A DNA stretch of 64,000 nt from Actinomycetota bacterium (GCA_046729975.1 JBKPHS010000157.1:4470-68469), one strand, 5' to 3'; counted from the stretch's first letter, positions 52,428-61,696 are shown. The notes: generated by a model from the sequence alone, not told the origin. A program made the numbers and translations.

Positions 52428-52817
52428 GTGATCGAGCTGAACGCGATCGGCAAGGTCGAGTCGTCTCTCACCGATCCGGACGCCGCGCCAAAGCAGGGAC
52501 ACGAAGGAGCGCCCGACGCCCGCCTCGTACTCGAGCCGCGTGTGCTCGAGGGCCTTTCGGGCATTCACCCGGGAGAACGCATGATCGTCGTCACGTGGCT
52601 CGATCGTGCGCGGCGCGACGTTCTGCGCGTCCATCCGCGCGACGACGTCACCAGACCGATGGAAGGCGTGTTCAACACCCGCTCGGCCGACCGTCCAAAC
52701 CCGATCGGCCTACACGAGGTGGAGGTAATCGCGATCGAAGGCGACCGAGTTCACGTGAGACCCCTTGAAGCGCTCGACGGGACGCCGATCCTCGACCTGA
52801 AACCCGTGCTGAGGTAG
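52428..52817 (+). CDS. tsaA: TsaA/TrmO-family SAM-dependent methyltransferase (UPF0066)
   Basis: GTG 52428 lies 1 nt after the MFS stop. FNTRSADRPNPIGLH and DGTPILDLKP hallmarks. Confidence 0.8.
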   Translation: MIELNAIGKVESSLTDPDAAPKQGHEGAPDARLVLEPRVLEGLSGIHPGERMIVVTWLDRARRDVLRVHPRDDVTRPMEGVFNTRSADRPNPIGLHEVEVIAIEGDRVHVRPLEALDGTPILDLKPVLR

Positions 52818-52821
52818 AGGC

Positions 52822-53340
52822 TCACGAAGTTGCCTCGTCCTCGTCCGCGACGAGCGGCGCGATGGAGGCTTGCTTCCAGGCGGACGATTGGAATCGCATC
52901 ATCGCGACAAGCGCCGCCAATGCGACCACCGCACCTGAGATGAGTGCGGCGGCCAGCGAGTGGTCCGAGGCCAGGATCGCAACCATCGCCGCGGTCGAGC
53001 CGGCTAGCACGGCCGTGATCACGCCGACCATGCCGGCGACGGTGCGAAACCCCTGCCAGCGCCCTCCTAAGAGACCCAGTACCCGCAGCCGCTCCGTGGG
53101 CGCGACGCTCAACAGGTACCCGGCGAGCTCGGGTGCGTTGTCGAAGTAGTACCCGCGCAGCAGAGCGATCCGGCGGGCGTTTCCGAAGTCCTCGATTCCG
53201 GACTGCAGGGCTCGCTCGAACGTCACGAGTCCGACGAACGCCAGCGTCGGGAGGAGAACGAGGCCGAACGCATAGAACGCCGTGCCGACGCTGCTTGCGG
53301 TGGCGACCAGACCCAGGGCAACCAGGCCGCCCGAGAGCAA
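52822..53340 (-). CDS. hypothetical membrane protein (5' end uncertain, possible frameshift near 53385-53400)
   Basis: The TTG start at 53340 falls inside a hydrophobic segment. The same frame stays open upstream without a start codon, and a GTG-initiated ORF (53423) in another frame runs into it. Confidence 0.45.
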   Translation of the reverse strand: MLSGGLVALGLVATASSVGTAFYAFGLVLLPTLAFVGLVTFERALQSGIEDFGNARRIALLRGYYFDNAPELAGYLLSVAPTERLRVLGLLGGRWQGFRTVAGMVGVITAVLAGSTAAMVAILASDHSLAAALISGAVVALAALVAMMRFQSSAWKQASIAPLVADEDEATS

Positions 53341-53590
53341 GGCGAGGAACGTGCTCGCGCGGCCGGTCGACTGCGCGATCGTAGCCCGCGGGCCCCCTGG
53401 AGCACGAAGTGCTCGGTGCTCACGAACGTGACGGTCGCGGGGCGCGGGTCGCCGTTGCCGTCGCCGGTGGTGGTGCGTCGCTCAGTGTCGGCCGCGGCAA
53501 ACCCTCCTCGCTCGGGGGCTGCGCTGAACTTATCGCGGCGCGCCGTCAGGCATCGCGAGCCGCTCCCGCGGCCGCTAAGCTCTTTCTTAC

Positions 53591-55084
53591 GTGAACGTTA
53601 AAAAGGCACCGCGCCGGCCGGGTGTCCATGCCGGCCACGAGCACTACAAGTGGTGGGCACTCTCCTGCACCAGCCTGGGGATGCTCCTGGCGACGATCAA
53701 CTCGGGCAGCCTGATCATTGCCCTGCCCGATCTCGAGCGGAGCCTCGGTACGACCCTGCTCGAGCTCGTGTGGGTGATCCTCGCCTACATGATCGCCTCG
53801 ACTGTGTTGGTCCTGACGGCGGGGCGGCTATCGGACCTGTTCGGGCGCAAGAGGGCATACGTCGGGGGATTCCTGGTCTTCGCTCTGGCCTCCCTGGGGG
53901 CGGGGTTCGCCGCCGACGCCACAGAGCTGATCCTCTGCCGCATCGTGCAGGGATTGGGAGGGGCGTTTCTGTTCGCCAATGCGGCAGCGCTCGTCACGGA
54001 CGCTTTCCCGAAGAGCCAGCTCGGTCTGGCGATGGGGACCAACACGATGGTCGCCGCCGTTGGCCTTGTGCTCGGCCCCGTGCTTGGGGGAGCACTCGTG
54101 TCGATCTCCTGGCACTGGGTCTTCTGGTTCAACGTGCCCCTCGGGCTGGCTGGGGCGATCTGGGGGTCGCTCGTGCTGCGGGAGCTCGCCACGGCGGACT
54201 CACTGAGAGGCTTGGACCTGTTCGGGACCGCCACCTTCGTCACCGGACTCACCGGGCTCGTGCTCGGGATCTCGCGCGGAGGAATCTCGGGCTGGAACGA
54301 CCCGATCGTGATCGGCGGGCTGATCGCCGCCGCGCTCCTGTTGCCGTTGTTCGTCTTGATCGAGCAGCGTGGGCGGGCGCCGATGCTCGACCTCTCGATC
54401 TTCCGAGACCGGCTGTTCGCGGCTGCCACGGGCGCCGCCTTCATCAACGGGCTCTCGCGGTTCGCGCTGCTGTTCGTGTTCGTCTTCTACTTCCAGGGTG
54501 CTCAGGGCGACGACCCGATCACCGCCGGGCTGAAGCTCACGCCGATGGCCATTGGGATGCTGACCGCCTCCCCCGCGGCGGGGGCTTGGGCGGATCGCCA
54601 CGGATCGCGCTCGCTCGCGGCACTGGGGATGCTCGTCGGCGCGGCGGGGCTCGCGCTGATGACCACGCTGCAGGCCGAGAGCCCCTACTGGCAGAGCAGC
54701 CTCTGGCTCCTGATCGTCGGTATCGGCTCGGGCATGTTCAACTCACCCAACACGGCCGCGATGATGGGTGCGGTCCCGGCTCACCGGCGCGGGATCGCTG
54801 CCGGCGCGCGGACCATGCTGCAGAACACCGGCGCGGTGATCTCGATCGCGTTCGTGATCGCCATCGTCACGGCTGCGGTCCCCAAGCCGGTCCTCTTCAA
54901 GATCTTCTCCGGACTTGGCCAGGGTCTCTCCGACGCGAAGCTCGAGCCCTTCATCCACAACATGCACACCGCCCTCTGGGTGCTCGCGGCCACCTCCGTC
55001 ATCGGCGCCGGCGTCTCGCTCCTGCGGCCGCGGCACTCCGAGGCGCGCGTGACGCACCCGGTCGCCCGGGAGGCGACGTCGTGA
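53591..55084 (+). CDS. MFS transporter, DHA2 (14-TM EmrB/QacA-like) family
   Basis: 497 aa with 14 hydrophobic segments and motif A-like GRLSDLFGRKR. Confidence 0.85.
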   Translation: MNVKKAPRRPGVHAGHEHYKWWALSCTSLGMLLATINSGSLIIALPDLERSLGTTLLELVWVILAYMIASTVLVLTAGRLSDLFGRKRAYVGGFLVFALASLGAGFAADATELILCRIVQGLGGAFLFANAAALVTDAFPKSQLGLAMGTNTMVAAVGLVLGPVLGGALVSISWHWVFWFNVPLGLAGAIWGSLVLRELATADSLRGLDLFGTATFVTGLTGLVLGISRGGISGWNDPIVIGGLIAAALLLPLFVLIEQRGRAPMLDLSIFRDRLFAAATGAAFINGLSRFALLFVFVFYFQGAQGDDPITAGLKLTPMAIGMLTASPAAGAWADRHGSRSLAALGMLVGAAGLALMTTLQAESPYWQSSLWLLIVGIGSGMFNSPNTAAMMGAVPAHRRGIAAGARTMLQNTGAVISIAFVIAIVTAAVPKPVLFKIFSGLGQGLSDAKLEPFIHNMHTALWVLAATSVIGAGVSLLRPRHSEARVTHPVAREATS

Positions 55085-55548
55085 GCTCCACGCGCCGACT
55101 ACGAATAGGGCAGGTGGCCGAGCTCACGGGCACCACCCCGCGGACAATCCGCTACTACGAGGAGATCGGGCTGCTCCCGGCCGCGTCGGGTCGTGAGCCC
55201 GGCTCGCACCGGCTGTACGCCGAGACAGACGTGGAGCGGCTCCAGGAGCTCCTGAGCCTCAAGGACCTGCTGGGCGTCTCGCTCGAAGAGCTGCGTGCGC
55301 TTGCGGCCGCGGAAAGCGCGCGCGACTCCCTGCGGGAGGAATGGCAAAGCGGAGTGGAGGATCCCGAGCGCCGGCGCGAGATCCTCCAGGAGGCGCTCGG
55401 CCACATCGACCGCCAGCTCGAGCTGATCCGCCGCCGCCGGACCGAGCTCGAGCGACTGGACGCGGAGCTGACCGCCAAGCGCCGTCGGGCGCGCTCGCGA
55501 CTGCGAGCGCTGGAGCAGGAGAGGGTCCCGAGCGGAACCCGGGCTTAA
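55081..55548 (+). CDS. MerR family transcriptional regulator
   Basis: GTG overlaps the MFS stop (GTGA). LRIGQVAELTGTTPRTIRYYEEIGLL HTH and a long coiled-coil C-terminus. Confidence 0.85.
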   Translation: MSSTRRLRIGQVAELTGTTPRTIRYYEEIGLLPAASGREPGSHRLYAETDVERLQELLSLKDLLGVSLEELRALAAAESARDSLREEWQSGVEDPERRREILQEALGHIDRQLELIRRRRTELERLDAELTAKRRRARSRLRALEQERVPSGTRA

Positions 55549-55553
55549 CCCCG

Positions 55554-56318
55554 CTAGCCGGGCTTGCGCGCGCGGATGATTGCGGACCCCGCGTGCTCGT
55601 GAACCCGGTGCGTCTCCTGTATTTCGACGTCGGCCAGGCCGGCAGCGGAAAGCTCTCGTTCGAAGTCGTCGATCGTCAGCGCCCCCGCGATGCAGCCGGT
55701 CCACTGCTCCATGTCGCGCCTGGTTGCCTCGTCCATGTCGTCGTCGGCCACGACGTCGGTGACAGCGAAGCGCCCACCCGGGCGCAGCACGCGCGCGGCC
55801 TCGCGGAACACGCGCGGCTTGTCCGCGGAGAGGTTGATCACGCAGTTGCTGATGATCACGTCGACGGAGGCGTCGGGCAGCGGGACGTGCTCGATCGTGC
55901 CCTTCAGGAACTCGACGTTCTCGGCGCCGGCCCTGCGCTGGTTCTCACGGGCGAGATCGAGCATCTCGTCGGTCATGTCGAGTCCGTACGCCCTGCCGGC
56001 CGGTCCTACACGCTGAGCCGACAGAAGCACGTCCAGTCCGCCCCCCGAGCCGAGGTCGAGCACCGTCTCACCCTCGTGTAGCTCCGCGACCGCCGTGGGG
56101 TTTCCGCACCCCAGCGATGCCAGCGCCGCCTGCTCGGGCAGGGCCTCGTCGTGGTACTGCGAGGCGCCGAACACCGCGCGTTCCTCCTCGGGAAGGATCG
56201 CGCCGCCGCAACTCGGACCGCAGCCGCAGCCGTCCTGGCCCGCGGCCACCGCAGCGTCCGCATAGCGCTCGCGCACCGCCTCGCGGATCTCGTCATCGCT
56301 TCTCAGCTGGTCAGCCAT
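55554..56318 (-). CDS. arsM: arsenite S-adenosylmethionine methyltransferase (ArsM-like)
   Basis: ATG 56318 with AAGGAG upstream. N-terminal Cys cluster [12 protein letters not shown] motif [19 protein letters not shown], and a conserved Cys in WTGCIAGA. Confidence 0.8.
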   Translation of the reverse strand: MADQLRSDDEIREAVRERYADAAVAAGQDGCGCGPSCGGAILPEEERAVFGASQYHDEALPEQAALASLGCGNPTAVAELHEGETVLDLGSGGGLDVLLSAQRVGPAGRAYGLDMTDEMLDLARENQRRAGAENVEFLKGTIEHVPLPDASVDVIISNCVINLSADKPRVFREAARVLRPGGRFAVTDVVADDDMDEATRRDMEQWTGCIAGALTIDDFERELSAAGLADVEIQETHRVHEHAGSAIIRARKPG

Positions 56319-56659
56319 GCGGATAGCTCCTTCAGGGCGTCGGGGACGACGTAGTAGTAGGCCCACAGGCCGCGGCGCTCGGAGTCGACGATTCCCGCCT
56401 CGCGCAGGAGCTTGAGGTGATGCGAGACCGTCGGCTGCGAGAGCTCGAAAAGAGGCACGAGCTCGCAGACGCAGACCTTTCCGGCGTGCTGGCGCAGCAC
56501 GTCGACGAGCTGCAGCCGGATGGGATCGCCGAGTGCCTTGGCGATCGTCGCCATGCGCTCCGCGGTCTCGCGCTCGACCTCCGGGTAGACGACGGGTTCA
56601 CAGCACGGCTGGCCGGCGGGCCGCTTCTGCTTCGGCGCGAGCTCCAGATCGATAGCCAT
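56303..56659 (-). CDS. arsR: ArsR/SmtB family metalloregulator
   Basis: CVCELVPLFELSQPTVSHHLKLLREAGIV (CVC metal site + HTH) plus an N-terminal CC pair. Overlaps arsM by 16 nt. Confidence 0.85.
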   Translation of the reverse strand: MAIDLELAPKQKRPAGQPCCEPVVYPEVERETAERMATIAKALGDPIRLQLVDVLRQHAGKVCVCELVPLFELSQPTVSHHLKLLREAGIVDSERRGLWAYYYVVPDALKELSAWLTS

Positions 56660-56677
56660 CTATCTACTTCTATCGAT
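56648..56677. promoter_or_regulatory. perfect 8-bp inverted repeat ATCGATAG-N14-CTATCGAT spanning the arsR start codon / divergent promoter region (probable ArsR operator)
   Basis: Arms at 56648-56655 and 56670-56677 in an AT-rich 35-nt divergent gap. The same TATCGA(T) core recurs at 61658-61696. Confidence 0.5.
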
Positions 56678-56694
56678 TGAAGCGAGGATTGTCA

Positions 56695-57462
56695 ATGCAT
56701 AACATCCGGCCCGTGGCAGCCGGTACGCCTCCCTGCGCTCGCCTCGAGCGGGTCGCCGTCATCACCGACATCCACGCCAACCTGCCGTCGCTCGAGGCGG
56801 TACTGACGAAGATCGAGGACCTGGACGTCGACGCGGTGTACTGCGGTGGCGATCTCGTCGGCTACGGCCCGCAGCCGAACGAGGTCTGCCGGCTGATCGA
56901 ACGGAGCGCCATCCCCGCGATCTACGGCAACTACGACTACGCGATCGGGCGCGACCTCGAGGACTGCGGTTGCGCGTACGTCGACCAGCACGACCGTGAG
57001 CTCGGCCAGCGCTCGATCGAATGGACGCTCGCGCACACGGACGACCGCTCGAAGCGGTTCATGCGCGAGCTGCGGTTCGACCTGCGATTCGAGCTCGGCG
57101 GCAGGCGCATCCGGCTCGTGCACGGCTCGCCGCGCAAGGTCAACGAGTACCTGTTCGAAGACAAGCCGGCGCGAACCTTCGAACGGATCGCCGCCGGCGC
57201 CGATTGCGACGTACTTGTCTTCGGGCACACGCACAAGCCCTGGATTCGCGAGTACGGCGGCGTGCTGTTCGTCAACTGCGGCTCGGTCGGCAAGCCCAAG
57301 GACGGCGACCCGCGCTCCGCGTTCGCCGTCCTCGAGCAGGCGGCGAGCGGCGTCGCGTCGTCGATCGAGCGGGTCCCCTACGACGCCGAGTCGGTGGCGC
57401 ATGAAGTGGTGGCCGCCGGCCTGCCCGGGGAATACGCGGAGAGGCTTGTCGCCGCCGCCTGA
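56695..57462 (+). CDS. metallophosphoesterase (YfcE/MJ0936-like) family protein
   Basis: VAVITDIHAN, GGDLVGYG, GNYDY, LVHGSP and VFGHTHKP motifs. Confidence 0.8.
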   Translation: MHNIRPVAAGTPPCARLERVAVITDIHANLPSLEAVLTKIEDLDVDAVYCGGDLVGYGPQPNEVCRLIERSAIPAIYGNYDYAIGRDLEDCGCAYVDQHDRELGQRSIEWTLAHTDDRSKRFMRELRFDLRFELGGRRIRLVHGSPRKVNEYLFEDKPARTFERIAAGADCDVLVFGHTHKPWIREYGGVLFVNCGSVGKPKDGDPRSAFAVLEQAASGVASSIERVPYDAESVAHEVVAAGLPGEYAERLVAAA

Positions 57463-57476
57463 GCGAGGAGGAGCAA

Positions 57477-58094
57477 ATGAGGTACGTCCTGTTCGTCTGC
57501 AACCACAACGCCGGCCGCTCCCAAATGGCGCAGGCGTTCTTCGAGCGCCACGCCCCGCCTGACATTCGCGCCGAGTCGGCCGGAGACGCGCCGGCGGAGC
57601 GCATCTGGCCGGAGGTGGTGGAGGCGATGGCCGAGGTGGGCATCGACATGTCGGGGCGCCGGCCGAGGAAGCTGACCCTCGAGATGCAGCTGCACGCCGA
57701 CTGGGCGATCACCCTGGCATGCGGCGCAGCCTGTCCCTACGTGCCGACGACGGTCGAGGAGTGGGACATTCCCGACCCCGCCGGTTTGCCGATCGAGGAC
57801 GTCCGCTCAATCCGGGACACGGTCGAGGCGCGCGTCGAGGAACTCGTGGCAACCCGCCTCGAGGCCATCCGCAACGACCGCACGGCACACCAGATTCGCC
57901 TGGGGCGGATCCTGCCCGACCTCGCGCGCGAGTTCCACGGGGTCCGCTCGCCCGAGGAGATACGCGCGTGCGCCGACGCCATACTCGCCGGCTACCAGGA
58001 CTCCCTGGTGCGCAGCTTCGTTCTCACGATCGCCCACCGGCGTGCGCGCGAGTGTCTGCGCGCCGAGACCTGCGACGCGCTCGCCATCACCTAG
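57477..58094 (+). CDS. arsC: ArsC-type low-molecular-weight phosphatase-family arsenate reductase with ~70-aa helical C-terminal extension
   Basis: P-loop CNHNAGRS (CX5RS) and a second Cys pair in ITLACGAACPYVP. GAGGAGGAG SD. The C-terminal extension (RLGRILPDLAREFHG...) is absent from minimal ArsC. Confidence 0.7.
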   Translation: MRYVLFVCNHNAGRSQMAQAFFERHAPPDIRAESAGDAPAERIWPEVVEAMAEVGIDMSGRRPRKLTLEMQLHADWAITLACGAACPYVPTTVEEWDIPDPAGLPIEDVRSIRDTVEARVEELVATRLEAIRNDRTAHQIRLGRILPDLAREFHGVRSPEEIRACADAILAGYQDSLVRSFVLTIAHRRARECLRAETCDALAIT

Positions 58095-58117
58095 TCTGCA
58101 GCGAGAAAGGGGGCTCG

Positions 58118-58342
58118 ATGAACGCGAAGGAGTGGCTCTCCCAGTACGCGGAACGCTTGGGCACCGCCCCGCCTGATCGCGACGAGTTCGACACCCTCCT
58201 CCAGTTGGCGGCGGAGGCTGCTCATAGCTCGGAGCGCGTTGCCGCGCCGGTCGCCTGCTGGCTGGCGGCGAAGTCCGACAGATCGCTGGCTGAGGCGCTC
58301 GACGCCGCGCGTGCGCTTGGGACGTCCGCTTCAGACGCTTAG
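58118..58342 (+). CDS. small helical protein, DUF6457-like (tentative)
   Basis: 74 aa with a GAAAGGGGG SD. EWLSQYAERLG...FDTLLQLAAEAAHSSERVAAPVACWLA resembles small proteins found near actinobacterial molybdoenzyme/MobA genes. This is from memory and unverified. Confidence 0.45.
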   Translation: MNAKEWLSQYAERLGTAPPDRDEFDTLLQLAAEAAHSSERVAAPVACWLAAKSDRSLAEALDAARALGTSASDA

Positions 58343-58357
58343 CAGCGAGCTTGCTCC

Positions 58358-61024
58358 TTACTCGACGTCCCCGCCCCCGGCTCCGAAGTCCGGGCCGGGG
58401 CGCGGCTCGCCGGGCGCCGGCTCGACCGGCACCTTCAGGCGATCCTTGGCCTCGCTCTTCGGATTGCCCGCCGAGCCCGGCGCCGTGACACCGTCGACGG
58501 TGCGGTCCTCGAAGCTCCTCGTCGGCGCCGTGTCGGCGGTAATCGGCTCCCGGTCGAGCTTCTTTGCGGCCGCGCGCGTGTTCTTGTAGAGCGCGGCGTT
58601 GGATTCCTGCTGGAGCTTCCCTCCAGCGACGAGGTTGTTCGCGTAGTACCTGGGCTCGCCGTTTGGGTCCTTGTCCGTCGGCCCCTGCCACGCGAAGATC
58701 GCCGACATCACGCCGGGCGGGCAGACGTCGGACACCTTCGCCACGCCGTCGCAGGTCGCGTACTGGTTCGAGAGCTGGATCCAGTCGCCCTCCTTGACGC
58801 CGAGTGTCTCGGCGTCCTTCGGGTTGACGGTGATCTCGTGGTAGGGGACCTGCTTGGCGAGGTCGGTCGTCCAGCGGTAGGTGTAGCCGGACTGCCAGAT
58901 CGCCTGGTAGCGCACGGTGGTGACGAAGTACGGGTACTTGTCGTCCGGCTTGATCTCGGACGGGAGGAACTGGAGCGGGTCCGCCCTGGTCCATTTCTGG
59001 TCCTTGGGGACGAAGTTGGCCTTGCCGTTGGGCGTCTCGAACTTGTCGGCATACGCCCGCTTCGTTCCGACGAGCTCTCCGCCCTCCTCGGTGATCGGAA
59101 TCTGGATGCCGTTGTTTCCGAGGCCCTTCAGGCGCTCACGGCTGAGGCGGTTGAGCCCGATCGCCTTGCCCTCCTCCGTCTGACGCATGGCGTCGTAGAC
59201 GTCCTGGTGCGTCTTGAAGTCCCACTCGGCGGGATCGAGGCCGCCGTGCTTCTCGGCGAAGCGGCGCGCGACCTGCGCAACGATCAGGTAGTCCGCGCGG
59301 GCCTCCTCCGGCGCGTCGCAGAACTGCTGGTTCAGTCGCAGCCGGCGCTCCAGGTTGGCGCGCGTGTAGCTGTACTCGCCCCACTGCGTTGAGGGCAGGA
59401 CCGCGTCTGCCACGGCCGTCATGTCGGAGGGCCTGATGTTGACCTCGACGACGAAGGGGACCTTCTCGACGAACTCGCGCAGCTGCTTCGTCTGCTGCGA
59501 CATCCGCAGCGGGTTGCAGATCGTCACGAGCAGGAAGTCGATGCTGCCCTTCTGGAGCTCCTGCCAGAGGTTGCGCCGCTTGAGCCCGTCGGCCTGCGGG
59601 TGGGGCCAATCGAAGTCGAACATGTAGGCGTCCTGGTGACCGCCCTGGCGGCCAAAGACGCGTCCCTCCTGGCCCACGGAGCCGAGCAGCAGCGCCAGGT
59701 TCGCGTAGGTGCTCATCACGGCCTCGTTCTGGGTGCCCTGCCAGATCAGGCCCTTCTCGAACAGGATCGCGGTCTTGTTGGGCCTGCCGAGGAGCTTGGC
59801 CGCCTCGCGCACCTTGCGCGCCGGCACGCCAGTCACGACCTCGGTGTTCTCGGGGCGGTACTTGTCGCGCGAGACCACGCGGTTGAGCGCGTCGAACGTC
59901 TTGGTGTTGGTGCGCTTGTCGATGTAGCCCTGGTCCTGCAGGTTCTCCGCAAGGATCACGTTCATCAGCGAGTTGACCAGCACCACGTCTGTTCCGGGCT
60001 TCAGCTGCAGGTGCAGCCCGCCGCCGTCCTCGGCGTTGGCCGCGGGGACCGTCCGCCGCGGGTCGATCACGACCTTCTTGTTGTCCGACGCGTGCATCCG
60101 GTTGTAGAGCACCGTGCCGGTCTCGTAGGAGTTGGCTCCGGAGAGCAGGATCGTGTCCGCCGCCTCGAAGTCCGAGTACGAGTAGAGGAGGGTCGAGGCC
60201 GAGCCGAAGTGCTCGGCGATCGAGGGATGCTCGGAGTTCCACTTGGCGCGGTTGTGGATGGCCCGCACCCCGACGCCCTCGTCGGGACCGCGGCCTTTGT
60301 CGTACAGCCCGCGCGGCGGCTCGGCGAAGAGCAGGCGCGTCTCCACGAAGTTCTTCTCCGCGGAGAGGTGATCGGCGCCCCAGAGTCCAATCGCGGACGG
60401 TCCCTTCTTGTCGAGCGTCTCCTTGAGCTTGTCTGCAACCAGATCGAGTGCCTCGTCCCAGCTAGCATCTTCGAGGTCGCCGCCCTTGTCCTTGCGGATC
60501 TGCGGCTTCAGGAGTCGCTCGCTCGGCTTGGTCAACGGGTGCTCGCGGTCCGTGTAGATCGTGAGCGCGTTCGTGCCTCCGCGTGGCGAGTGATCGCCCT
60601 TGTTCACGACGCAGTCCCTGTCGGGCACGACGGCGATGTAGGAGTCCACTCCGTTGATGTCGCGGCGCGTGAGAAACGCCGGCGACAGCCAGTCGCCGAG
60701 CGGACCCTCTGGGTCACTGCCGCCTAGCGCGCCCTTTCCAGACTCAGGCGTGTCCTTAACCGGCCACGTGTAGACGATGTAGCCGCAGCCGACGTTGCAG
60801 AACTGGCAGGCCGTCGTGTACCTGGCGGCGTTCTTCGGCGGCACGGGCAGGCGATCCTGGCCGAGGAAGAGCTTCGTGGTCTCGTTGGTGTCGACCTCGC
60901 CCTTGGCGACGGCGTCGCTTGGCTGCAGGAACTTGGGCAGGGCGATCGCCGTGCCCGCGACCGTGATCCAGCCGGCCGCCTCGCGGCGGGTCAGGCCGGG
61001 CTGAGCCTCTTCGTGGCTTGCCAT
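58358..61024 (-). CDS. aioA: arsenite oxidase large (molybdopterin, 3Fe-4S) subunit, AioA-like
   Basis: CQFCNVGCGYIVYTWP (C-X2-C-X3-C followed by GYxVYxWP as in AioA), VVPDRDCVVNKG...SPRGG and IHNRAKWNSEH. 888 aa, GAGGAGG SD, N-terminal TRREAAGW twin-Arg-like signal. Confidence 0.75.
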   Translation of the reverse strand: MASHEEAQPGLTRREAAGWITVAGTAIALPKFLQPSDAVAKGEVDTNETTKLFLGQDRLPVPPKNAARYTTACQFCNVGCGYIVYTWPVKDTPESGKGALGGSDPEGPLGDWLSPAFLTRRDINGVDSYIAVVPDRDCVVNKGDHSPRGGTNALTIYTDREHPLTKPSERLLKPQIRKDKGGDLEDASWDEALDLVADKLKETLDKKGPSAIGLWGADHLSAEKNFVETRLLFAEPPRGLYDKGRGPDEGVGVRAIHNRAKWNSEHPSIAEHFGSASTLLYSYSDFEAADTILLSGANSYETGTVLYNRMHASDNKKVVIDPRRTVPAANAEDGGGLHLQLKPGTDVVLVNSLMNVILAENLQDQGYIDKRTNTKTFDALNRVVSRDKYRPENTEVVTGVPARKVREAAKLLGRPNKTAILFEKGLIWQGTQNEAVMSTYANLALLLGSVGQEGRVFGRQGGHQDAYMFDFDWPHPQADGLKRRNLWQELQKGSIDFLLVTICNPLRMSQQTKQLREFVEKVPFVVEVNIRPSDMTAVADAVLPSTQWGEYSYTRANLERRLRLNQQFCDAPEEARADYLIVAQVARRFAEKHGGLDPAEWDFKTHQDVYDAMRQTEEGKAIGLNRLSRERLKGLGNNGIQIPITEEGGELVGTKRAYADKFETPNGKANFVPKDQKWTRADPLQFLPSEIKPDDKYPYFVTTVRYQAIWQSGYTYRWTTDLAKQVPYHEITVNPKDAETLGVKEGDWIQLSNQYATCDGVAKVSDVCPPGVMSAIFAWQGPTDKDPNGEPRYYANNLVAGGKLQQESNAALYKNTRAAAKKLDREPITADTAPTRSFEDRTVDGVTAPGSAGNPKSEAKDRLKVPVEPAPGEPRPGPDFGAGGGDVE

Positions 61025-61034
61025 TTGCGCCTCC

Positions 61035-61580
61035 TCACGCGACCTTCGCGCCGGGCGCGAGGTTGTCGCGGTAGCCGTAGACCAGGCCGTTGATGCCGGT
61101 GGCGACCACGTCGTCGTCCTCCACCTCGAGCGCGATCTGGGGCAGGGGGCGCTGCGCGACGCCCTGCACGACGTAGCCCTCGCGCGCGGGATCGTATTCA
61201 GACTGGTGGCAGCCGCAGAGGAAGTGCTTCCTGTCCGCCACGTAGCCGACCGGGCAACCCATGTGCTGGCAGAGCGTGCTGTAGGCGACGATGCTCTTGT
61301 TGTCGCCGACTCCCCCCGGGACCTCCTCGCCCATGTCGATCACGACGCTCTTCTGTCCCTTGAGGGGATAGTCGAACGAAACCGGCGTGTTCGGCTTCAG
61401 GTCTGCGACCTTCGCAACGGTCGCACGGGGATAGTCGGGGCCTTCCTCGTCGTCGCCTGTCGCGATGGCGATCACAGCGGCCGCACCTCCCGCGACTACC
61501 ACCGCGCCTCCGCCGATCAGGGCCTGCTTGCGGGTGATCCCGCGACCGCCGGGCTGTTGGGGTTCGGCGTCGTCTGGCAT
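61035..61580 (-). CDS. aioB: arsenite oxidase small (Rieske 2Fe-2S) subunit, AioB-like
   Basis: Rieske boxes CQHMGC and CGCHQSEYD. The N-terminal TRKQALIGGGAVVVAGGAAAVIAIA acts as a signal or anchor. Stop lies 10 nt before the aioA start. GGGAGGAG SD. Confidence 0.75.
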   Translation of the reverse strand: MPDDAEPQQPGGRGITRKQALIGGGAVVVAGGAAAVIAIATGDDEEGPDYPRATVAKVADLKPNTPVSFDYPLKGQKSVVIDMGEEVPGGVGDNKSIVAYSTLCQHMGCPVGYVADRKHFLCGCHQSEYDPAREGYVVQGVAQRPLPQIALEVEDDDVVATGINGLVYGYRDNLAPGAKVA

Positions 61581-61657
61581 CCGGATCTCCTCCCGTCCGG
61601 CCCGGCGACGCTGAACTCCGGCCGAGCCGTCGTCCTAGCTAGTGTGGTGAAACTACA

Positions 61658-61696
61658 TATCGAGCCGGGTCGATGCAAGTATCGACCTGGATCGAT
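61658..61696. promoter_or_regulatory. four phased TCGA-core half-sites (TATCGA, TCGAT, TATCGA, ATCGAT) in the aioB / cupredoxin divergent region
   Basis: Cores at 61660, 61670, 61682 and 61692, spaced 10-12 bp. The motif matches the arms of the 56648-56677 inverted repeat. Confidence 0.4.

Noticed and set aside
57807-60727. Alternate-frame ORFs inside aioA (57807-58994, 59136-60242, 59600-60727)
   Set aside because: They overlap the 888-aa AioA-like frame, which carries the diagnostic Fe-S and molybdopterin-enzyme motifs. The alternatives are Arg/Gly/Pro-rich without motifs.
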